DNA of 64,000 bases from Macrostomum lignano (lineage: Eukaryota): contig NIVC01000304.1 in NCBI GenBank assembly GCA_002269645.1, forward strand, positions 75,612-139,611, read 5' to 3'. A model generated the notes under the pieces. That model was given only the letters and a program-made list of their open reading frames with translations. It did not search any database and was not told the origin of the DNA. A program made the translations under genes and the position numbers. Of the stretch, positions 33,526 through 45,867 are shown piece after piece. The first letter of the stretch is position 1; every line of letters begins with the position of its first letter.

Positions 33526-35739
33526 AGCCTTGGTCTCAACTTTTAGTCTGGGAGAGCCAGTAGGACTGCGGCGACTGCCAACGCCGCTGCGAGCTTGCTG
33601 CCTCTTCTGGGGAGTGGCGTATTAAAAATTATTAAATATGAAATGGGCAGCTTTGCCTGTCTATCTAGTAGAATCTAACTGATATGTGCTGCACCATATC
33701 CTGATAAAATTTTCTATTATTGTTTTCTATGAAGGCTTGTAATCTAATTCTATTATTACTGTTGCTAAGCCTATAACCAATAAAGTTAAAAATAAATAAT
33801 GATTTACAACACAGTTAAAATCAATATCCTAAAATTATGACAGCTAATTGCTTTTAAAATATCTTTTTTAATATGCTTTGCCAATAAAATTATTTAATAA
33901 GATCTAAAAGGTCTATAAGAATGATTGGATAATTATTTGGACAAAAACAACAAAAAATATATGTATTATTATGCATTTCTATAATTTCTAAATAGACTAA
34001 ACTTTGGCAAAAACAAATGAAAATTTAAGTATTTTTCTTGACTTCATAGGGTAGCTAATTAGTTATAAACTGACATGAGTCATAGTTATGATAATGAAGC
34101 CTTTCAAAAATTTAATTATATGAAAAAGCATCTTGTTCCTATAATGGTCAAGATTGTATATCAACTATATTAAAAACAACATTGCTGTCTACACCCCATA
34201 GTCCTGAGTATAAACTATATATGAAAGAATTTTATGCCCTGCATAATTGTAGAAGTGGTTAATAGTTTCTAGGAATATAACAGTTTGAATCTGCGCTAAT
34301 AATTCATTTTATTCTACAAAATATTCTATATATTCTACATATTCTATATATTCTCAATATTTAATATTTGTTAAAAATACACGCCTTTGAATAGTATAAA
34401 TAGGAGCAGGCTGAGAAGAAGAAGAGATAACTCGTTCAATAGCTATAAGCTCAAAACGTGTTCTATAAATCGTTCTCAGATCATTGTTCATTTCTAAGAG
34501 TATTGTAAAGAAGGTTGGAGGTTGCAATTGGGATTCATGCAAAGAGTAGTACCAAGAGTAATCGCTGTGACCCTCTAATCTCGGTAACGCCCAGACTAGA
34601 GAGAGAAAGTACATATACCAGTAAGACCGCTCAGGCCATATACTAAGAATGCTACCAGACTAATACATAAGACGCTACCAGACTAATACATAAAATGCTA
34701 CCAGCATATCCAAATGGAATTCTAAGAAACAGTTAGAAATACCAAAGGCAGAATTTAGTATCAGCAGTATAAATTTAATAGAGGGAAATTGAAAACCTGC
34801 TACAACTTGGTGACAACAGTGGGATAGTTGGAGGACAGAAGTAAGCCCCACGACAACTTTGGTTATAGCGGTAGGATTGTGTATCGTATGGGAACACCCC
34901 TAGCACAACTTGGTGTCAGCGGCTGAGATTTCTAGAAAGAGGAATCAGCCCTGCGACATAATGTATATAAGAGTAGATCAAATCCACCACATGTGTATTC
35001 ATATATCAAAAGAGGGATATAAACTTTCAATGACTGCAACCAATCAATTTGGCTATTACTTGCATTTTTTAAATGATTTCAATATAATCTTTTCTATATC
35101 CAATTTTTCTTGGAAAAAATAAAAATAAAAACTTTTTTCTAGAATACAAAATTTGTAACAGGATTAAAAATGTTACTTAATATAATTTATTTTACTCTTT
35201 ACAAAAAAGTATACATGTTATATAGTTCTATCTTTTTTATACTAGACTATTTAAAAAAATTCTTTTTTATTGGTTTTTTCATTAGGTATTTATGGCAAGG
35301 CTAGGTTTAAACTTATGCCAAAGATTTTAAATAAACCTTATAAGTAAGCAAATAGATTATAGAAACCATGGAAAAGGTAAAGATCAAGTTATATATAAAT
35401 ATAAGTATATCATATATTTTAATGATATTTATTTTTAATGGAATATATACAAAAATAGTTCTAAAGGTTGGAATTTAGCAGGTTCAAAATCTGTGGGTTT
35501 CAACAGCTAGTTTTTTATAATTATAATAATTCCTTGAAAAAATGAGGAACTGCACTAAATTGATACATTTTTCAATTTTACTAAGGGCCAAATACTGGTT
35601 TTATATTAAGATACACTATTACATTAAAGTGTTTAACATGATACCAAAAATTTTGTCAAAAATACAGCCATAATATACCATTTTTGATAGAAAAGTCTCA
35701 TGTGCAACAAGGTCCTAGGCAGTTTAATACACAGCAATA

Positions 35740-37960
35740 AGAACAACAAAGTACACTGTCAGGTGGAAAAAAAGCAGTGTCACAGGGCATGCTTCAGAGC
35801 CTGGGTGCAAACAAAGGCCACACCACCAGCAGAGTCCAGGGCACCAGCGTCGGCCAGCAGGCAGTCAATGAAACGCCAAGTTTGGGCCTGGCCACACCAG
35901 TAGGGTGCCTGCAGCATTAGCAGCAGCACCTCTTGCACTAGCTGCGGGCAGTAGGCTCATTCCATATAAGATGGACATATTTGGAAAATAGAAAAAAGTC
36001 AATATTTTTGCTTGCCATTGCCTAATTAGCCTATTTTTTTACCAAATGTTTATATTGTGCAATATATACAATCTAAGAATATAGGAATGGTAAAATGTTG
36101 GGTTAGTATGTTATCAATTGGCAAAAAGTCATTTTTGTAAAAATTTGGACATTTTTCGAAGCAAAAGACATCATTAAGATTTTGTACCTTTTAAAAACAA
36201 ATAGAAAGCTTTTGAAGGTTGAAACAAACTATAGATAAAAGTATAGTACTTGCATCATCAGATAAAAGCATTGGTGACCAAATAATCTATTATATTTTTA
36301 ATGTATTAGTACCTCAAAGTTACTGAATTGACAGAAAAAAATATATTACGACCATAATGTTACGACCATAAGGCTGCCTTTTCTTTTGTATCTTTGTTGC
36401 CTTTTGAGTTTATATATTCTAATAAAAGAGTATGATTTCTAAAGATGTTCTTAGTCAAATTTTAAAAATGTATTGCAAAATATCAAAAATGAAAAATGTT
36501 ATAAGACTTTTACCTTTTAGTTTCTATATGTCAAAAATCCTGTCGTTACGACCATAAGTGTCATTTAAGGTTTAATAGCATCTATACTAATGATGATATC
36601 TATATGAAACTCTATAAATATATTCTAGACAAAATAATCTTTCATTTAAAATATTGGTTTAGTATATTCTATTATTAGATTTCATTTTATAAGTAAAAAT
36701 AACCTGTCATGTTACGACCATGCTTATATGGAATGAGCCAGTAGGACTTGGTGCGGATGATGTGGCCTGCCAGCTGGTCGCTGAACTTGCAGCAGTTCAC
36801 TTGGATGGGCCAGGCTGGTGCGGCAATAGAGTGCCGCATTAGTGATCCACTCGTGGCTGATCTTAAAGGTGGCGCATAGCAGGCCAGCATGCACCACATT
36901 GACTTGCTGTTTGAGCAAATCCGTCAGCATCCAGGTCTTGGCATTGTACAACAGGATGATCTCGACCACCACCTAGAACAGCGCTGCCCTCTGGCGGTCA
37001 GGTAGGGCCTTGGACTGCAGGACCACCCTCACAGAGCAAAAGGTAGCCCAAGCAAGCCCGCGGCAATGCCACAGATCTTTGCAGACGTCAGGTACCAGAC
37101 TGCCAAGGAAGACGAACTGCTGACAATGCAGAAGCTCCGTTACCTGCCCACCAGCACCTTGACAGAAAATTGTGGCCTCGATGTCGCCCTGCACACAGAG
37201 CACAATGGTCTTTGTGTTGACCACCAGGGTGATGCTTGCTGCAGTGCTACTGGCACTGAGCACCCTCTATGGTCGAGGACAGCAGGGCAAGGTCATCAGC
37301 ATAGCCAACCACACTGAGCCATTTCTCTAGTTGATGTTGACCCATGCGTTGCCACAGTAGGAAGCCATCTTTGTCAATGGGAAGAGCAGTTTGTAGCACC
37401 CAGTCAAGCACCAAGACAAACAGGAAGGGCACTAGAGTGTCCCCTTGGAGCACCCCAGAGGATGTCTCAAAGGAGTCCAACAGGCCATCCGGCATCATCA
37501 CAGCTGCTCTTGTAGTACAGTACAATGCCATTATGGCAGAGATCAGCTGTTCTGGTACATGATATGCATGGAACACATGTGGGAGTGCAGCCCTTGCAAC
37601 CAAGTTGAATGCCTTCATGAAGTTAATGAAGACAACAATCAGGTCCAACTGGCGCGTGTGTGCCTCCTCAATGATTTGGCGAAGAGCTAAGACCTGCACT
37701 AGCATACCACAATAGGGCCAAAACCCATTCTACTCAGGTCGCAGGTAGGGATCCAGTATGGGTTGCAACCACGATAGCAGCATCCGGTTGAACAACTTTG
37801 CAGCATAGGATTGCAGGCAGATGCCTTGGTGCTCATCTAGCCATGTAGTGCCCAGCTTTTTTGGAATGGCAATGATGTGCACCATGGTCCACTTGGTAAG
37901 TGTCATTTCACCACAGTTTAATACTGTATATATAGTATGCATCAAGGAGTTGGCAAAGTT
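35740..37960 (-). mobile_element. Degenerate RTE-like non-LTR retrotransposon (RT domain to 3' end), split by a MITE
   Basis: Broken ORFs with IIAIPKK..GICLQSYAAKLFNRMLL, FINFMKAF, GVLQGDTLVPFLFVLVLD, GYADDLALL and ILLYNAKTW. The reading GHIIRTKSY|CPQLVQEVLL is restored when the MITE and one TSD copy are removed. Confidence 0.85.
35954..36739. mobile_element. 786-bp MITE, copy 2, 4-bp TSD AGTA
   Basis: Same TIRs and body as 9291-10074; AGTA at 35950-35953 and 36740-36743. Confidence 0.93.
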
Positions 37961-38735
37961 CTTTTGGTATGTTTAACATAGCAGTGCTATATATAGGACT
38001 CTCTATAGGAAAAAGTTGTAAAATGCGGATGGCGTCCAGAGCACTTTTGAAATTTTTTTGAAGCATAGTGCGTGCATAGGCACATAAGCCCTAGCCTAGT
38101 GCCTGCATATGCACTTTCCTTTTCTATTGGCTGCTGCTCTAGCAAATAAATATATATAAAAGGGGGCCTAATACCTTTGGGCCTATACACTTATCATTTA
38201 TAATGCTTAAAGATGTTCCAAATTTTCCATTACAATTTCCCAACATTTTTTTAAAGTGAATTTATATCTTTTAAAATTCAAAAGTCAAAATTTTGGAAGT
38301 ATCTAAAAAGTGGCTAAAAATAAACTAATTTCTATTATATATAGGCCTACATATATTTTGTTATGCATAAGCAGTAAATCAAAAGTAAAAAGTGAGTATT
38401 GGTCATAATAAACTTTGTTTTTCTAAATTTGATTTTGGAAAATTTCAATTTTAATTTCAAAAAGTTCACAAATTTTGATTTTGACAAAAAATGCTATTTT
38501 GGAACATCTCTAATAATGTAGCATCCAGAGCAAAAAATTCTCATGTATACAGTGTATATTTGGTACTAGGTCTATAGCCAACAAGAACTAGGGCCTATGC
38601 AGTAGGCCTTATACTATACATCTTTTAAATAGGCTAGGGGGCCTAGGCCTAAGTAAATTATTTTGACTTGTCTAGATATAGCCTCTATCAAATTATAAAC
38701 AAACTAAATAATCAATGCAATAAGACCCCTAGGGC

Positions 38736-39309
38736 CAGGGGCAGATCTAGAGGGGGGCCAAGGCCCCTCTCAGCTGCAGCCAAAAAAAATTTGGTCATCC
38801 TTTTTACGAAGAGCTTGCGTGCACGGCAGCCGTTCACGTAAGCTCAGAATTGCGTGCACGGCGGCTATCTACCTAGTGCTTTATTTGCATGTATGCAGCC
38901 GTACACCTAGTGTTGTAATTGCGTGCACGGCAGCCGGCAATTGGCCGGGACTGGGGCCCTTAAATCCACGCATTGGCATTGCAAACCTAATTAAAAAATA
39001 TTTTTACTATATTGTTTTATAATGTTTTATCCCCCGTACACCATGGACTGCAAATGTAATCTTAATTCATTGTTTTTTTGTTAACTTGAATATTAATTCA
39101 AATAGTATATGACTTACTGTATAAGCCTATAAGATATAGCTCTGCCGTGCACGCAATTCTGAGCTTACGTGAACCATGAACGGCGGCCGTGCACGCAAGC
39201 TCTTCGTACTTTTTAGCCTGCTACTATGCTAGGTCTATTTTCCAATATGGGGTTGTAGTGCTTGGTATAGCTTGGCCCCCTCCTCAAAAATTTTCTGGAT
39301 CTGCACCTG
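38736..39309. mobile_element. hAT-type MITE (~170 bp without its insert), 8-bp TSD CCTAGGGC/CCTATGGC
   Basis: TIR CAGGGGCAGATCTAG / CTGGATCTGCACCTG; the TSD copies match at 7/8 positions. Confidence 0.7.
38807..39206. mobile_element. 400-bp TA-TSD MITE (Tc1/mariner-type target) nested in the hAT MITE
   Basis: TA|CGAAGAGCTTGCGTGCACGGC...GCCGTGCACGCAAGCTCTTCG|TA. TIRs are ~55 bp and include CGTAAGCTCAGAATTGCGTGCACGGC. Confidence 0.88.
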
Positions 39310-42043
39310 CCTATGGCCTAGCCCTAGACTAGAGTCTAGACATAAATAAGAGATATACTAGGCCTATGCTTAGGCCTACTATAGGCTACATGCATGATAC
39401 ATAGACCTTAAATTTCTAACTGCATTGCATTGTATCTTAATTTCTCATCTCAAAAGAGTCAACAAAGTTTAAAAAGTACCCCCAGCACCTGGAAAATTTG
39501 TCTATGACATTTAATGTAATTTTTATGTAGTAGGTTTAGGTTAAGCCTAGCTGCCTAGCCCGGCCCCTTGGTCTGGAAAAAAGATAGAAAGAAAAGTAGT
39601 ACTGTACTATCTGCTGTACCGTGTCTTAGTTTCTGTGCTTTATTAAATTAAAATATAGGCCCCTAATACTAAAAGGCCTATAATGTGTTAATATTTTGAC
39701 TGTGGTTGACTGGTTGTTACCATTGCAAGCTCTGGACCATACTTCTGAACGTTTTCTTTTGTTTCCGATAATTCGAAGAAAAATCAGTCAAACTAATGTA
39801 ATGTTTGGCCTTTTTGCTATCCAAACACACAGCTGCTGAGAAATTTTCTAGGCCATTTCAAGGGCTTTTTTGGGCTTAAATAACAAGGGACCTATGGCTT
39901 TTTGGCTTGCAAAATTTTTAATTCCGGGTTTGAAACTCCAAATCGCATTGCAAGCATTGAGCGCGTGTCACGACTCACAATCTATCTAACATGCAGTTAT
40001 CACAGCTAGAGGAGGGTATAAACAACTTATACTCATGTTTATGGATAATACTGGTTAGGGGTCTATGCCTCTCCAATCTGGAAAACCCTCTTTGCATTAG
40101 TTTTTACCACAAATATAAATATTTGAACCCTGTACTCAGCAAGCACTACTTAAGTACATGTCTGCTGGCGTTAGAATGCTCACGTCGATTTTTTCAGGGT
40201 CAAAGCAAACTTTTGGAATTTTTAAAAGCGCTAGAAAATATATAGTTTTACTGGATCTTTTGGAGCTGTAAAATGTTGACATTTTCGGATACGAATAGAA
40301 TCAACCTACATGTAGGTTTCTCGATCATCTCTGACTGCAACCAGAGGAACGGTAGGAACCATGCACGATACTAACATGTAACTTGACCTCGTCGATGTTA
40401 CCCGATTCGGTCTTAGCGTCGTCATAAAGAAGGATGTTTGTTGATTAAGTTAACTGGTTGCTCCATTTTGGGCTTGGGGCTCCTAACGGTTGGTCCTTAT
40501 ACATGTAAAAGGACAGAATTGTACATGTGCTGCAAAAATTGAATTAAGAACAGAAACTAGTACGCTCGTATGTGTAATGTATTTCTTGGCGGAAAATTGC
40601 TAGGTACTAACCAAATTTCCTATTTTTTTCTAATGGCCATCTTCCCTGCACAAAGGCTTCGGGGGTATTTTCGATCAAGCTCGGGATCTTGGCTCTTGCA
40701 TGTGAGTAATTAGGACTATAATTTTCATGAACTAAACAGGCATAAATTAGGGAGTTTGGAATTTGTTAACTCACAAGTCAACCATTCAGTCCCTAAAGCT
40801 GCCAGTCCATGGCCATGTAGTCAGCAGACAGTTAATTAATATCATCAGTTAAAAATCGTACTATACATTAATTGAGATGCAGCAGAGCTGGTTAGCACCC
40901 TGGGGGTGGACTGCAGTATAGCTACGCCTCAGCGGGGATGCGATCAATGCAGTAGGACAGCTGCATAAATATATCGATAATAGCTATATTGGTTTATTTA
41001 CAGTATGCAGCTAGCGCATTCACGCACCCAGTTTACCGGTGCAAAGACGAGTCAAGAGCTCGCGTCCATCGTGCTGTACCGGTCAATATTTTATCTGCCT
41101 TTGAAGGCAGGAATTTTTATGAATTTCCTCTCTCCCTTGTCCTTGTGGTTCAGTTTTTCTAACTCAATAGACTTTTTACTGCTCAGCGATTTATATGCAG
41201 GCTAATAAACAATCGGGCTTGACCGGGGAGTCCTCATGCATGCATGCAGATGAAATGCGAGTATCATGCGTCCACCAAAGAGACAGGGCCGGGCGCCCAC
41301 TCTACGAGCGCGACTACGCTCGTATTATATCTCTCGCCGATTTGCACAGAAAGCCCTTTTAGGCGAGCTCGATAATATTTGCTCCAGTTTAATTAAACTA
41401 AATGCATGAAGCCAACTCTTAATCTAGTCAGCTAATCACTGACTACACCACGTTGTCTACTCGACTAAATTGCAACTGCCTTTTTTCAGCTGCAATGAAT
41501 ATTATTCATGCACGTGTACCTGAGTACCGCAAAATATTGTTTTTGATCCTTATTACCGAAGTAAGAAGCTCGAGCCGCTGCTGCAGATCCTGTATACAGA
41601 CTGCCCAGATCGATGGCGTCCAGAGGAATCCAGCGGGCGGGCCACGGACCTCCCCGTGAGCTGTTCATTTATTTCTCAAGAGGTTTCGACGAAGGACTGC
41701 AGGAGCATTGACTTTTTCCACCTCTTGGACGTACCTCTTGGACCGGCCAACCAAGAGACAGAAGCGCTAACCAAGAAACACTGGCCCCTACCAAGAGTAT
41801 AGGGGCGCCCACCAAGAGACAGGGGCGCCAAAATGAGTATTAGAATGCTGTAGTCTGGCCTGCTTCACCACAGTCAGTATGCTAACAACACCGATTCAAA
41901 TAATAATCCATGGCGACGCCCATGCATAATCTTTTGTCTTTTTCCAAGGCGTTGCTATCATCAATTGTGCTATTGCGTATTTGCAGGTTACATTATAGTC
42001 CCTCACCTCTGCAAATTAATGGTTTGAATAAATAATGAAAGGT

Positions 42044-42195
42044 TAATATGACGCGAGAATTTAAGTTAATGACCAAGGTCACGAGTGCGACTTTTCAGGG
42101 GTCGGTGCCTACTCTCTGATTCTTCAGGGGTGTGTCTGTGTCCCTACCCAGTGCTCGTAACCTTGGTCACTAACTTAAATTCCCGCTTCATATTA
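42044..42195. repeat. ~150-bp inverted repeat (45-bp arms), possible tiny MITE
   Basis: TAATATGACGCGAGAATTTAAGTTAATGACCAAGGTCACGAG pairs with CTCGTAACCTTGGTCACTAACTTAAATTCCCGCTTCATATTA with a few mismatches. Confidence 0.7.
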
Positions 42196-42444
42196 GCTGC
42201 AATGAGTGAATTGTCTATGGCCGAAACAAGACTTTTAGTTAATGACCAGCCACTAGGCAGACGTGATTTCCGTGAAGTGACATTTCGATCGATTGAAAGA
42301 TATAGATTTTTTCATGCGGCTACTAGTCGATGGTTCCCACCCGCAAGTGGCGTACATGGCCGAATCGAGGAGGGTCAAATACGAGCTAGCGTAATTCAGT
42401 CAGTACATCATGTGTACTAATATTGAGTGGTATTGAACGTAACC

Positions 42445-42720
42445 CCCAAGGTCGGAAAAATCAAGAGCCAGATTGAGAACCTAGAGCACGACTTCGGGCC
42501 AGAGGAGGGGAGAGAGGAGATGGAAGAGAGATGACGAAAGGAGAGGCGAGGGAATAAATGAGAAGAGAGGAGAGGAGAGGAGGGGAGAGAGAAGAGAGCT
42601 GGGAAGAGACAAACTTTGAGCGGGCCGGATTGCTGTTGTGAAGTTTCAAAGGATCCGAGGGCCGGATAGAGAGGCTTTACAGGCCACATGTGGTCCGCGG
42701 GCCGGAGTTGCCGACCTCTG
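42445..42720 (+). mobile_element. hAT (Charlie/Buster-like) MITE with internal GA-rich tract
   Basis: 3' end GCGGGCCGGAGTTGCCGACCTCTG, decayed 5' end CCCAAGGTCGGAAA, TSD ACGTAACC/ACGTAGCC with central TA. The 3' part matches 50915-51012. Confidence 0.7.
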
Positions 42721-43206
42721 ACGTAGCCAGGTCATCTCTGCATGTACTTGAAATGAAAATAAGATCTTACATTATCTATTTAATCCTAGTCTGTGAGGCA
42801 AACTAACATGGGCTAAGTCAGAATTCGTCACTACTCGTCTGGAAATCTGGAAAGCTGCTGAGCAAAACACTCTTTAGATGGCCGAATCGATGACGCAAAA
42901 AATATTTCGAGTTTTAATTGCAACGTTCGTCTGACAGAGAGAGCCCCCCCCCCCCCGGAACAGTCTTCCCCTTCTCACCCAAGCTCTCTAATTGTGGAGT
43001 AATCTCTCACGCAGGCTGACTGCTCAAACCATCTGCTCCGTCAGAAATCCAGGTGGAGGCAGGTGGATGCCTGCTGTCGGAGAGTTTCTAAAACCGAACA
43101 AAAACCGAGAGCGGAAATTTCGCAAATCACTGCATGATTGAACTGCCGCGCCCACCTGCTGCGTTCTGCGTCTCTCGGCTTTCAGAGTCTTACCTTCGCT
43201 GAGACT

Positions 43207-43243
43207 GCAGGTCCATAGGAAAGAAATTTTCCTATGGACCTGC
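43207..43243. other. Perfect 16-bp-stem hairpin
   Basis: GCAGGTCCATAGGAAA-gaaat-TTTCCTATGGACCTGC, immediately adjacent to the 15-bp array. Confidence 0.9.
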
Positions 43244-43586
43244 CTGGTGCTGGTGCTGGCGCCCCTGGTGCTGGCGCCCCTGGTGCTGGCGCCCCTGGTG
43301 CTGGCGCCCCTGGTGCTGGCGCCCCTGGTGCTGGCGCCCCTGGTGCTGGCGCCCCTGGTGCTGGCGCCCCTGGTGCTGGCGCCCCTGGTGCTGGCGCCCC
43401 TGGTGCTGGCGCCCCTGGTGCTGGCGCCCCTGGTGCTGGCGCCCCTGGTGCTGGCGCCCCTGGTGCTGGCGCCCCTGGTGCTGGCGCCCCTGGTGCTGGC
43501 GCCCCTGGTGCTGGCGCCCCTGGTGCTGGCGCCCCTGGTGCTGGCGCCCCTGGTGCTGGCGCCCCTGGTTCTGGCGCCCCTGGTGC
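43244..43586. repeat. 15-bp GC-rich minisatellite (~22 copies, 20 perfect)
   Basis: GCCCCTGGTGCTGGC; it reads GAGAP or APGAP in the ORF track. Confidence 0.97.
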
Positions 43587-45867
43587 GATCCTGACGTGAA
43601 TCACAGGACAGGCTAAATCGAACTCACTGATTCTGGGCCCATCATCTTTTCACAAAGTGAAAACAAAAGCTCTTTATAATTCTAGCTTCGCGCCCAGCAT
43701 TAGAGAGAGGATATTCTCACAGACTGCGCTTAAAGCAAATAACTCAAATCTATATAGTTGCAAAAATCATCTCCATAGATCCAGAGAGTGCCTTCGCACC
43801 ATCCGTTCATTCATCTAGTGCGCCTCTCCTCAATCTGGAGATATGCTCTCCCAGGCAAAATTCCTTTAGCAATATTAAACTGGATTCGAGCTGGATTTCA
43901 TAGTCTGGCAGAGGCTGGCATAAAATAATATATAGCTAGTGCGCTACAGCCATATATCATCCGGATAAAGGATGACAGAAGAAGCGTGGCTTTGGTGCAA
44001 CCCGTCTTATTCGACAATGAGAGAGAACGGAAAAGGCGTTAGTTGAGGCATCGCAGCTGCTCAGATAGGATATTCATCCTCTTTCTTGACTCAATGATAC
44101 TATAGTGGACACGATGGACTTTTACTTGGGCGCCAGGATTGTGTAAAATTTTATTTAAGGATAATCCGTGTATTTAAAAGTAGCTATGGTTATCTAAATT
44201 ACATGCATTGTTTCGCATAAAATTGGCATCCACGTAGGGTAACCCGGCGTGATGCTCCTCATCAACTTTAACGCCAAAAGTTCGCTGCGAACTAAGCCAA
44301 GCAACAGCTTAATGCAGGATGAATTCGATTCATGGGGTGTACCAAGGCCCCCTGGCTTTTTGATCAGGCATGCACGCACTCTGCACCTGCTAATAATTTG
44401 CACGACAAGCCTCCGATTTCCGAGCACGAACTCCATCCGCAGCCCGCGCACGGCATCGAATCGCGGGGACTTTTGAAAAAACCAGTTTCGACTTTGCTCT
44501 GATATTTGAGCAATAATTAATTTCTATAGAGTATCCAGAGCAATTATTTATTAAAAGCGAACAGTTCATAACGCAGAAACTTTTTACAAAGAAGAGACAC
44601 AGAAGAGGAGAGAGCCCAGGTATTTACATTCTGAGCAGCGCTAATTTGTGTTCATCATCTCACGGGCCTGTCAAAATTATTTCCATATCATCTGTTCTCC
44701 GTGCTTTTTACTCATTGCAGGCAGAGAGGATGAGCAGGGGAGCCCAGGAGGATGCTGCTCAGACTGATGATGGCTCACGAGGAAGCTCGGCTCTAGAGCT
44801 GAGGGACTCACTCGAGAGGAGAATATAGAAAAAGCCACTCGGAGAGATTTCACGAAGGACTAATGCCCAAAAAAACCTGGCTCACCGAGAGCTGCATCAA
44901 GATTGCTCACTGCCAGTCATTCATCACTGCAGCACACACAGTATTACTGTAGCACGGGCAGAAATGGCCTTGCCAGCGGCAGCAGCATGCCTGATTAATC
45001 GCTCTGCAAGGGATGGTCGGGCGGTTCGCGATCTCCGCCATTACAGCCAGCTTGGACCGTCATTTCCGCTGTTGACAGAGCGAGAGAGACGAACCAGAAG
45101 AATCCCTGGCCCGGGATGCGCGGGAAGGGACTTTGAATGACCCAAGCCGGAGAGTTCTGGATTGAAAAGCTTGGCCGAGAAACAACAGGTCAAAATATCC
45201 GGCTGGCACTGGTCACGCGCCGCAGTGATTCATCAGTGCCAAGTGAAAGCAATTTCAATTTGTTTGGCATGCTTGGCAGGACTCAAGAAACAACAGAGGT
45301 CTCAAATGTTGAGTCACCCTTCAATTTTGTTTAATTTAGAAGCGGTCTGGCTTTTAGTTGCCGTCTGGCACACAATTATTTATTTATTTGTCAATTAATT
45401 GATCGACTTGAATAACACAACACAATTTCACACAATTGGAAACTAGAACTTTCACAGAACAAGACATGCACCTTCACTAGTTAAAAAGCTTCACAAACTA
45501 GAAACTTCGTGTCGTGAGAAAGTTGTTGCACTTTCAGAAAAGACTGTTCACTCGCTATAACTTTAACTCCGTAGACAATCTTAGCAACCAGTTCTATGAA
45601 TTATGAATTTCACTTTCAATCACGGAGGAAAACAGTTCGAGATTCGAGACGTCTGGGGAAATTTCTAGTTTCTAATTTAGTTTATGAAATGTCTGTTTGA
45701 CTAAGTTTCTGGTTCGTGAAACTTTTTAAAGCGAATCCTGAATGCGGTGAGTTAATACCTACTATGTTGTTACTGATCTGTCCAGAGGAATGGAGAGAGT
45801 TGAATAGTCAACTTGCAGTAACAGCAAAACTACAGAATAACTCTAAGGAAATGTTAGAACTCAACTT

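Noticed and set aside
41270-41830. Scattered ACCAAGAGAC(A) and GGGCGCC motifs suggesting a transposon end
   Set aside because: No TIR pair or TSD could be defined.
43182-43604. GAGAP/APGAP silk- or collagen-like ORFs as a gene
   Set aside because: Open in several frames and on both strands, with identical codons in every unit and no signal peptide or splice context.
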